Positions 8,693-16,081 of a DNA stretch of 64,000 bases are shown here, piece after piece. A program made the translations under genes and the position numbers. This stretch comes from an uncultured Gemmatimonadales bacterium (GTDB lineage: Bacteria > Gemmatimonadota > Gemmatimonadetes > Gemmatimonadales > GWC2-71-9), in assembly GCA_963730185.1 (NCBI GenBank), contig CAVSQW010000007.1, positions 544,001 to 608,000 on the forward strand, given 5' to 3'. The notes beneath the pieces are model-generated. The model ran no database searches and was not told the origin of the DNA. It saw only the letters and a list, made by a program, of their open reading frames with translations. Numbering within the stretch: the stretch's first letter is position 1; each line of letters begins with the position of its first letter.

Positions 8693-9885
8693 GCCGGGAT
8701 CGTTTCGAGGGCGGCGTCGAGCGCCGCGTTGACGGACGCGAGGTCGGCGGGACCGCCACCGCCCTGGACGATCCGGGCGCCACCGCCCCGGCCGCCGCCC
8801 AGGGCCGCCAGGGCGGCGTTCAGTCCGGGCTTGAGATCGAGGGCAACGCTCTCGGGGCGACCCAACACCAACTGCGACTTCTCGCCCGAGGCACCGAGCA
8901 GGGCCACCACCTCGTGGGGGCCGGTGAGACGGAGCACCAAGGCACGAAGCTCGTCGGCGGGCCGGCCCTCCCAGGCCCGCCGGAGCACCCGGAGCGCGCC
9001 CCGAGTCGCCGCCTCGGTCGCCAGCGCCTGGGCCTCGCGGTCGAGCGCCTCCTCGTGATGGCGGCTCAGCTCCCGGCGAGCGGCCGTCAGGTCCTGCTGC
9101 AGCCGGGCCACCGCCTCGGGCAGCTCACCGGGCGCGCAGGTGAGCGCGGCGGACAGACCGGCGACGATCTCCTGCTTCTGGTCGTAGTCGCGCCGGGCCC
9201 GACCGCCCGCGAGGAACGAGATCCGGGTCCCCCGCTTGAGCCGTTCCGTCTTGAGCCAGTGGATCAGGCCGATCTCGCCGGTCCGCGCCACGTGGGTCCC
9301 ACCGCAGGCGGTGGTGTCGAAGTCGCCGATCTTCACGATCCGGAGCGCGCCGTCGACGTCCGGCGTCTTGCGAAGCGGGATCGTCGCCAGCTCGGCGGGC
9401 GCCGGGAACCACGCTTTGACCGGCACGTCGCGCGCCACCACGGCGTTGGCCACGGCGAACGCCTCGCGCCGGGCGGCGTCGTCGAGCTCGGTCGCGTCGA
9501 GGTCGATCGAGACGTACTCGGCCCCCAGATGGAACCCAATCGTGTTCGCCTCTGCCACCCGGATGAAGGCCTGCGACAGCACGTGCTGTCCCGTGTGCTG
9601 CTCCATGTGGTCGCGGCGGCGGGCCCAGTCGATCGTCCCCTGCACCGGTCCGGCGGCGAGCGCACCGTCGAGGAGATGGAGCACCGCGCCGTCGGTCTCG
9701 CGGACCCGGACGTCGATCACCCGTCGCTCACCCAGCTTGCCGGTGTCGAACGGTTGTCCACCCGAGCTCGGGTAGAAGGTCGACGATTCGAGGACTACCG
9801 CGGGATGCTCGTCGACGGTCGACGTCTCGACGACGGTCGAGTCGAAGGCGGTCAGATAGGAGTCGGCGTAATAGAGGCGGGTCAC
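8689..9885 (-). CDS. Alanyl-tRNA editing protein (AlaX-like, with DHHA1 domain)
   Basis: TRLYY.D.YL, FYP.SGGQP.D.G, HxxxH (QHTGQH), CGGTH, C-terminal GGRGGG; GTG start inferred. Confidence 0.88.
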   Translation of the reverse strand: MTRLYYADSYLTAFDSTVVETSTVDEHPAVVLESSTFYPSSGGQPFDTGKLGERRVIDVRVRETDGAVLHLLDGALAAGPVQGTIDWARRRDHMEQHTGQHVLSQAFIRVAEANTIGFHLGAEYVSIDLDATELDDAARREAFAVANAVVARDVPVKAWFPAPAELATIPLRKTPDVDGALRIVKIGDFDTTACGGTHVARTGEIGLIHWLKTERLKRGTRISFLAGGRARRDYDQKQEIVAGLSAALTCAPGELPEAVARLQQDLTAARRELSRHHEEALDREAQALATEAATRGALRVLRRAWEGRPADELRALVLRLTGPHEVVALLGASGEKSQLVLGRPESVALDLKPGLNAALAALGGGRGGGARIVQGGGGPADLASVNAALDAALETIPA

Positions 9886-9937
9886 TTGCTCGGGCGCCAG
9901 CGCGCGGGGAGGCCGTCGGGGAAACCTGATCCTGCCA

Positions 9938-10011
9938 TGCGCCCGGAGGGACTCGAACCCCCAACCCTCAGATCCGAAGTCTGATGCTCTATCCAATTGA
10001 GCTACGGACGC
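9938..10011 (-). tRNA. tRNA-Arg (anticodon TCG)
   Basis: Cloverleaf GCGTCCG/CGGGCGC acceptor, D-loop GGA (A20), anticodon arm TCAGA-CTTCGGA-TCTGA, T-loop TTCGAGT; CCA not encoded. Confidence 0.93.
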
Positions 10012-10032
10012 AACGGCTCGTACGATAACTCT

Positions 10033-10102
10033 CCGGCACCCCGGGTGCCACTCAGTCCGGCACCCCGGGTGCCACTCGAGTCCCGGCACCCCGGGTGCCA
10101 CT
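10033..10102. repeat. Three identical 20-bp palindromic repeats (REP-like)
   Basis: CCGGCACCCCGGGTGCCACT at 10033, 10057 and 10083; internal GGCACC-CCG-GGTGCC hairpin; 4- and 6-bp spacers. Confidence 0.9.
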
Positions 10103-10704
10103 TAGCCGGGGGCGCCGGGCGCCAGCACCCGCCGGACCGCCCGGGTGGCTTCGGCGATCGGCTCCCGAATTCCCCAGATGCCGTCGGCCGGCCCGCGCCG
10201 CATCGGTCCCTCGTGACCGGGCTCCACCGTCACCGCCACCACCACCGGCCCCTCGCCCTCCAGGAGCTCCGGCACGGCCGCTTCGTAGGCGGCGGGGTCC
10301 GAGAAGACCTGAGTGCGCTCGATCCCGCACCCGCGCGCGATCGCCGCGTAGTCGATCGTGGCGCTGGCCGGCACCGGCTGGCTGCCGGTGATCTCGTAGG
10401 TGCCGTTCTGGAGAATCACCAGCAGCAAGTTCGTCACCCCCGACTGGACGATCGTCGCCAGCGTGCCCAGACACATCAGCATGCTGCCGTCGCCGTTGAG
10501 GCAGATCACCCGGCGATGCGGGCAGGCGAGGGCCAGACCGAGCGCCAGGTCGGCGGCGTGACCCATCGCCCCGTCGACGTTGGCGAAGTCCAGCTCGTGG
10601 TGGGAGACCCGGTCCCAGGCGCGGACCGCGCCCATCGTGGTGACCACGATCTCGTTGGTCCGGCGCGCGGCCAGCGGGGCTACCACCTGTTCTTTAGTGA
10701 GCAT
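10102..10704 (-). CDS. TPP-dependent decarboxylase beta subunit (sulfopyruvate/phosphonopyruvate decarboxylase-like)
   Basis: GAMG...ALGLALA, GDGS-X-N TPP motif, Y..TG.QP. Confidence 0.8.
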   Translation of the reverse strand: MLTKEQVVAPLAARRTNEIVVTTMGAVRAWDRVSHHELDFANVDGAMGHAADLALGLALACPHRRVICLNGDGSMLMCLGTLATIVQSGVTNLLLVILQNGTYEITGSQPVPASATIDYAAIARGCGIERTQVFSDPAAYEAAVPELLEGEGPVVVAVTVEPGHEGPMRRGPADGIWGIREPIAEATRAVRRVLAPGAPG

Positions 10705-11278
10705 CGCCGCCTCCCAGAACGTCGGTGACCAGGAGGACGACCGGCATTTCGCGCGCCGCCGCTTCCCGATGGGCCCATCCGACCAGGTCGGCCGCCGAGT
10801 CGCCGGCGGAGAGATAGCGGCAGGGGAGTCCCCAGGCAGCGACCGTCGGCTCGGCCAAGAGCGCGACGGCGTCGAGCCCGGGGTCGAGGAGCGCGGCGCT
10901 CCGGGCCGGGCCCGCCGTAAACACCTCGCCCCGCTGGCCGGCGGCCGGGTCGACCCCCCGTTTCCGGATGAGCCCGTAGCCCCGGCAGGTGACCAGCGTC
11001 ACCGCCGGCACCCGCATCCGGAGCAGGGTGCCTCGAAGGGCATCGCCGCTTTCCAGAAGGCCGGTGGCCTGGATCATCACCAGGGGCTGTTGGCCGCCCA
11101 TCCAGAGTCCCGCCGCGATCGCGAACGCCTCGCCCTCGCGGGTGACCCGGACCAGCCGGGGCCGCTCCCGCCGAGCCAGGAGATCGTAGACGGCCGCGGA
11201 GTGATTGTCGGGAATGCCGACGAGGTGGGTGACGCCATTGGCGTCGAAGGCGTCGACCAAGGCGACGGCGGTGGGCAT
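10694..11278 (-). CDS. TPP-dependent decarboxylase alpha subunit (ComD-like)
   Basis: G+PD, TREGEAFAIAAG.W.GG..P.V..Q..G; overlaps the beta gene. Confidence 0.78.
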   Translation of the reverse strand: MPTAVALVDAFDANGVTHLVGIPDNHSAAVYDLLARRERPRLVRVTREGEAFAIAAGLWMGGQQPLVMIQATGLLESGDALRGTLLRMRVPAVTLVTCRGYGLIRKRGVDPAAGQRGEVFTAGPARSAALLDPGLDAVALLAEPTVAAWGLPCRYLSAGDSAADLVGWAHREAAAREMPVVLLVTDVLGGGDAH

Positions 11279-11356
11279 GTTCGCTCCGATTCGGAATCGG
11301 CCGGTGTCGGTCCGGCCTTGGCCTCGAGCCCGTGATCCGACTAGTATCGACGGCAT

Positions 11357-11737
11357 ATGGGCGACCAACGATTTCCCAAGCTTCCCTGCTATCCCTGCCC
11401 CCACAACGCCGCCTGCTGCGCGTACGGGGTGACCGTCGACGAGCGGGAGGCCCGCGCCATCATCGCCGCCCACGGCGACGACAAAGTCTATCAGGCCCGC
11501 TGGGGCGAGTGGCGCACCCGGGTCAAGGACGGCCGCTGCGTCTTCTATGTCGACGGCGGCTGCTCCATCCACGCCGAGCCCTACTATCCGGCCGTCTGCG
11601 GCGGCTTCCCGTTCGTCGACGCCGAGACCGGCGGGCCCTACGAGTACGACCGGACCATCTGCCCGGAGTTCGTGACGCATCCGGAGCTGCACGAAATCAA
11701 CCCGATGCCCGATCGGCCCCGGCCCGAGGCACCCTGA
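11357..11737 (+). CDS. YkgJ-like Cys-cluster (Fe-S/Zn) protein
   Basis: C..C....CC, C.F....CSIH....P.VC..FP, terminal CP. Confidence 0.75.
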   Translation: MGDQRFPKLPCYPCPHNAACCAYGVTVDEREARAIIAAHGDDKVYQARWGEWRTRVKDGRCVFYVDGGCSIHAEPYYPAVCGGFPFVDAETGGPYEYDRTICPEFVTHPELHEINPMPDRPRPEAP

Positions 11738-12464
11738 CCGCCGGCTGGGCCCCCTTCCACACGAACACGATCCCGAATCCCAGCGACGCGGCCGCGATCA
11801 TGAACCACTGGACCGCGTAAGAGAGGTGGGGCCCGTCGTTGAGCGCCGGCGGGTCGATCCGGATCGGCAGCACCCGTCCCTGGGCCGTGTGGGCCGGCCC
11901 CGCGGCCGAGTCCACTCCCGCGATCACGTAATAGGACGCGATCGGATAGGGCAGGCGCGACCGCATCGCCGTCAGGTCGAGCCGATGCCAGGTCTCGCCG
12001 TGGTTGGTCTCCAGGCGATCGCCGTCGCCGTCGTTCGGGACCGGCCGGGCGATCCCCTGGAGCACGATGTCGCCCGGCTCCGGGAACGCCATCGGCTCAG
12101 CCGGGGCGCCCGCGTCCGCTGTCGGGACGAAGCCCCGATTCACCAGGATCGCGGTGTCGCGGCCCGGAAGCCGGAACGGCGTCACGATCTGGATGCCCGG
12201 GGTCCCCTCGAGCAGCCGCCCCCGAATCAGAAACTGGTGGTCTTCGTCGTATCGGCCGCTGGCGACGACCCGCCGGAACGCCAGGTCGCCCGGCACGACC
12301 GACCGGTCGAGATCGATGGTGGGAAGGTCCCGCTGCGCGATCGAGGCCGCGTTCCGGGCCCGCCGTTCGGCCAGACGAGTCAGCTGCCACACGCCCAGGC
12401 CGGAGCAGGCCGCGGCGACGACGACCGTGATGAAGAAGAGGATGACCCGTCCAACCGTGGACAT
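11697..12464 (-). CDS. SURF1-family cytochrome oxidase biogenesis protein
   Basis: LG.WQL.R, VNRGFV, HLSYAVQWF. Confidence 0.9.
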   Translation of the reverse strand: MSTVGRVILFFITVVVAAACSGLGVWQLTRLAERRARNAASIAQRDLPTIDLDRSVVPGDLAFRRVVASGRYDEDHQFLIRGRLLEGTPGIQIVTPFRLPGRDTAILVNRGFVPTADAGAPAEPMAFPEPGDIVLQGIARPVPNDGDGDRLETNHGETWHRLDLTAMRSRLPYPIASYYVIAGVDSAAGPAHTAQGRVLPIRIDPPALNDGPHLSYAVQWFMIAAASLGFGIVFVWKGAQPAVRVPRAGADRASG

Positions 12465-12642
12465 CAGTGTCACCAATCGAGGACAGTATTCGAGGACACC
12501 AACTCGGGGGACAACTCCCTAAAGGGTTTCCCGGCAAGAAGATAACCAATGACGATCGGAACGGCCCGACCCTTGCCCTCTACCCCGAGCAACGGCAGGT
12601 CAACGAGAGAGTGGGGGACCCTTCGTCCAAAGGACGGGACCG

Positions 12643-13278
12643 ATGCGGAAGCCAATCGTCATGTCGCTGCTCGCTGCCGGGTTAGTGGTGAGCCTTTCGA
12701 ATCCCCTCGCGGCACAGCGCCGCCGCGGCCTCGTCGACGTGTCTCCCATGGAGGGACGTCACGGGTTCTGGATGAACCTGGGCGCCGGAGCTGGGACCGA
12801 GTCCTACAAGTTTCAGGGTGACAATCAGTTCAGTGCCGGCATCACCAAGCCCACGCTCGACCTCCGGATCGGCGGGACCGTGAATCCCAACTTCCGCCTG
12901 GGCGGCGAGCTGACGGGCTGGGCCGACACCTACACCGACGATCAGGGCGACCGGATCACCGAGTACTTGGCGGGCCTGCTCCTGGTCGGGCAGTTCTATC
13001 CCTCGCGCGATCTAGGGCTCTTCCTCAAGGGCGGCGGCGGCTTCAGCCGAAGCGGCACCAGCGTCGCCGGTCCCTACGACAACTACGAGAACGGGTTTGC
13101 ATGGACCGTCGGGGCCGGGTACGAGATCAAGCTGGGCCGGACCCTCTCGCTCACGCCGACGGTGGACTTCATGCAGCACCGGTCGCGCACCCGAGACCAG
13201 TTCGGCGACCTGCAGCCGGCGCTCTACGACCGGCTGGTGACCTTCGGCGTCGCGCTCACCCTGCAGCCCGGGCGCTGA
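12643..13278 (+). CDS. Outer-membrane beta-barrel protein
   Basis: Signal peptide; Gly/aromatic amphipathic strands (FLKGGGGFS, VGAGYEI). Confidence 0.65.
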   Translation: MRKPIVMSLLAAGLVVSLSNPLAAQRRRGLVDVSPMEGRHGFWMNLGAGAGTESYKFQGDNQFSAGITKPTLDLRIGGTVNPNFRLGGELTGWADTYTDDQGDRITEYLAGLLLVGQFYPSRDLGLFLKGGGGFSRSGTSVAGPYDNYENGFAWTVGAGYEIKLGRTLSLTPTVDFMQHRSRTRDQFGDLQPALYDRLVTFGVALTLQPGR

Positions 13279-13418
13279 CCTCGATCCAGAAGCTGGGGCG
13301 GCGGTACGGCGGGAGTTTCGACAACAACCACGCGTCTCCGACAAGACCGGGCTCCCGTCGTATCGTCGTACCTTCTTCCTCTTCCACCTCCCTCCACGCA
13401 GTTCGGGAGACCCTTCCC

Positions 13419-13859
13419 ATGTCCTGGTTCACGGTCGAACGGCTCGGACCCACCATGCTCCTGATCGGCGGCGTCGGCTGCGGGCGCACGATGGACGCCG
13501 CCGCCCTCGCGGGGAAGTACGCCGCCACCGCGATTCGGGTCGAGTCGGCCGACGGCAACGACATCGACGTCCGCTCCCTCGGCGCCGACATCGAGATCGG
13601 CCTCGATCCCGACGGCCGGACGGTCGGCGAGCTCGATCTCCCCCCCGTGGCCGGGCTCTCCGGCGAGGGGTTCCACGCCAGCATGGCGGGCCGGTTCGCG
13701 GTGGTCGGCAACAAGGTCCGGTTCGAGCAGCCGGCCGACACCTTCATCCGGAACCTGTTCTTTACGGTGGACGGGACGAATCTCCGCGCTTCGTATACCT
13801 TTCGGGACGAACGGGCCCGCTCGGGGTCCGTGACGGTGGTGCTGACCCGACAAAGCTGA
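13419..13859 (+). CDS. Hypothetical (lipo)protein
   Basis: GGAG RBS, GC3-biased ORF, possible lipobox GVGC. Confidence 0.55.
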   Translation: MSWFTVERLGPTMLLIGGVGCGRTMDAAALAGKYAATAIRVESADGNDIDVRSLGADIEIGLDPDGRTVGELDLPPVAGLSGEGFHASMAGRFAVVGNKVRFEQPADTFIRNLFFTVDGTNLRASYTFRDERARSGSVTVVLTRQS

Positions 13860-13878
13860 CGCGAGGTTCCCCTTCGCC

Positions 13879-14421
13879 ATGCGATCGTCCCTGCTGCTGG
13901 TCCCCCTCCTTGCGATGGTCACCGCCCAGGCCGGCTGGGCCCAACTCCGGCGCCCCGAGGAATTCCGACGAGGGGAGAGGCCCCAGCCCGCCGTGACCCT
14001 GATGGCCGGTCCGGCCTACTACGACACCGGCGACGAGAGCGGCACCGGGCCCTCGGTCGCGCTCCGCTTCGACATTCCCACGTCGCGGATCCTGATCATC
14101 GAGCCGGGGATCTCGTTCTTCCGCTACCGGCCCGTCATCGGCGACCGGATTTCGTATCTGCTGCCGGAGATCAGCTTCCAGGTCCAGGCGCCGCTGCCGG
14201 CCGTCCGCCCCTACGTCGGAGCCGGGATCGGCTTCTCGGAGTTCCTGGACGGCCGGGGCAAGAGCTTCGTGACCCTGCACGCGGTGGGCGGCGTTCGGAT
14301 CGCCGTCGCCGAGGGTTGGGGGCTTCGGGGCGAGGCGCGAGCCCGGACGATCGATCCGTTCAAGCTCAAGGTGGTCGACCTCGTGGTCGGAGTGAGCCAC
14401 ACGCTGGGTCGACGGCGCTGA
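13879..14421 (+). CDS. Small outer-membrane beta-barrel protein
   Basis: Signal peptide; VRPYVGAGIG, WGLRGEAR. Confidence 0.7.
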   Translation: MRSSLLLVPLLAMVTAQAGWAQLRRPEEFRRGERPQPAVTLMAGPAYYDTGDESGTGPSVALRFDIPTSRILIIEPGISFFRYRPVIGDRISYLLPEISFQVQAPLPAVRPYVGAGIGFSEFLDGRGKSFVTLHAVGGVRIAVAEGWGLRGEARARTIDPFKLKVVDLVVGVSHTLGRRR

Positions 14422-14493
14422 CCGGGGCCGTGCCCGGTTCTGGGACGGCCGCTTGGTGGAAACCGGGCGGTCCACCCGCACGTCAGAATAAGT

Positions 14494-16005
14494 ATGCACA
14501 TGCGGCGTGGCCGGACCGGCCTTCTCATCGATCTCGAGCTCGACCGCTCGTCGGACGAGCCGCTCTCCAACCAGATCTACCGCCAGCTCCGTGACCTGAT
14601 CCGGACCGGGGCCGCCCCGGGCGGGGCCGCGCTCCCCTCGACCCGGACCCTCGCCCCCCAGTTGGGCGTGTCCCGGAGCACGGTGGCGCTGGCCTTCGAC
14701 CAGCTCCGCGCCGAGGGATACGTGGCCACTTCGCGAGGGGCGGCCACCCGGGTCGCGTCGCAGCTCCCCGACGGGCTGCCGGCCCCGCCCAGCCCCCGGA
14801 TCGAGAACGACATGCCACCGGAGCTCTCGCCCCGGTTGTCGCGACGGGGGGCGACCATCGCCGGGCTCCCGTCCCCGCTCTCGATCATGGGACGAACGCC
14901 CCGGGCGTTCCGCCTGGGCGTACCGGCGCTCGATCAGTTCCCGGTGGCGCTCTGGGAGCGGGTCTCCAGCCGTGAGCTCCGCCGGACGCCGGCCAGCCGG
15001 CTGAGCTACGGCGATCCTCGGGGCATCCGGCCGCTTCGCGAGGCGATTGCTCGGTACCTCCGGAGCGCCCGCCGGATCGAGTGCGATCCGGACGACATCG
15101 TCGTTACCTGCGGCTCCCAGCAGGCGATCGACCTCGCCGCCCGACTGGTGATCGACCCCGGCGACCAGGTCTGGCTGGAGGATCCGGGTTACGTGCCCGC
15201 CCGGGGAGCGTTCATCGCGGCAGGCGGGGTGCCGGTCGATCTTCCCGTCGACCGCGAGGGCTTGCGGGTCGACCTCGGGCTGCAGCGGGCTCCCGACGCT
15301 CGGGCCGTGTTCCTGGTGCCGGGCCGGCACCTGCCACTCGGCGGGGTGCTGAGCGAGTCCAGGCGCCGCGCCCTCCTCAAGTGGGCCACCGACCGCCGGG
15401 CCTGGATCATCGAGGACGACTACGCGGCCGAGTTCCGGTTCTCTTCCCGGCCGGTGAGCTCCCTCCGCGCCGGAACCCGCGGCAGTCCGGTGCTCTACGT
15501 GAGCAGTTTCAGCAAGATCCTGTTCCCGGCCCTCCGGATCGGCTACGTGGTGGTCCCCTCGCATCTGGCCGAGTCGTTCGCCCGGGCCCGGATCTTCACC
15601 GACCTCCATCCGCCCTATCACGACCAGGCCGTGCTGGCCGCCTTCCTCCAAGGTGGGCACTTCGAGCGCCACGTCCGGCGGGTCCGGGCCGCCTACCTCG
15701 AGCGCCAGGCGCTGCTTCGCTCGATTCTGGAGCGCGACCTGGCCGGGGTGGCCCGGGTCGAAGCCTCCGACGGCGCCCTGCACCTGGTGCTCTGGCTGCC
15801 CCGGGACTGGACGGAGGACCTGATCGTGCGCGAAGGCGCTCGGCGGGGGCTCGACCTGGTGCCGCTCGGCTCGTTCTGCTCGAGCGCCCAACTGGGGCCG
15901 GCGCTCGTGCTCGGATACAGCGGTCTCCGCGAAGACGAGATCCGGAAGGCCGCCGACGGCCTGACCCGGCTGATCCTGGAACGGGCGGGCCGGGCGGTGG
16001 CCTGA
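14494..16005 (+). CDS. MocR/GabR-family (GntR HTH + PLP aminotransferase domain) regulator
   Basis: LPSTR.LA..LGVSR.TV HTH; EDPGY, IIEDDY, SFSK.LFP.LR.GY. Confidence 0.92.
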   Translation: MHMRRGRTGLLIDLELDRSSDEPLSNQIYRQLRDLIRTGAAPGGAALPSTRTLAPQLGVSRSTVALAFDQLRAEGYVATSRGAATRVASQLPDGLPAPPSPRIENDMPPELSPRLSRRGATIAGLPSPLSIMGRTPRAFRLGVPALDQFPVALWERVSSRELRRTPASRLSYGDPRGIRPLREAIARYLRSARRIECDPDDIVVTCGSQQAIDLAARLVIDPGDQVWLEDPGYVPARGAFIAAGGVPVDLPVDREGLRVDLGLQRAPDARAVFLVPGRHLPLGGVLSESRRRALLKWATDRRAWIIEDDYAAEFRFSSRPVSSLRAGTRGSPVLYVSSFSKILFPALRIGYVVVPSHLAESFARARIFTDLHPPYHDQAVLAAFLQGGHFERHVRRVRAAYLERQALLRSILERDLAGVARVEASDGALHLVLWLPRDWTEDLIVREGARRGLDLVPLGSFCSSAQLGPALVLGYSGLREDEIRKAADGLTRLILERAGRAVA

Positions 16006-16026
16006 TCCCGGTGGTGGGGCAGACGA

Positions 16027-16066
16027 ACGGGGCGGACCGGCCGATTGCCGATCCGCCCCGTCGTTT
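16027..16066. terminator. Hairpin between convergent genes
   Basis: ACGGGGCGGA...TCCGCCCCGT inverted repeat followed by CGTTT. Confidence 0.5.
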
Positions 16067-16081
16067 CATCCGGTGGCCGGC

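Noticed and set aside
9886..10101. N-terminal extension of the AlaX ORF (EWHPGCR repeats)
   Set aside because: It reads through the tRNA and the palindromic repeats; the family N-terminus starts at 9885
10033..10102. CRISPR array
   Set aside because: Repeats are only 20 bp with 4-6 bp spacers, and no cas genes are present
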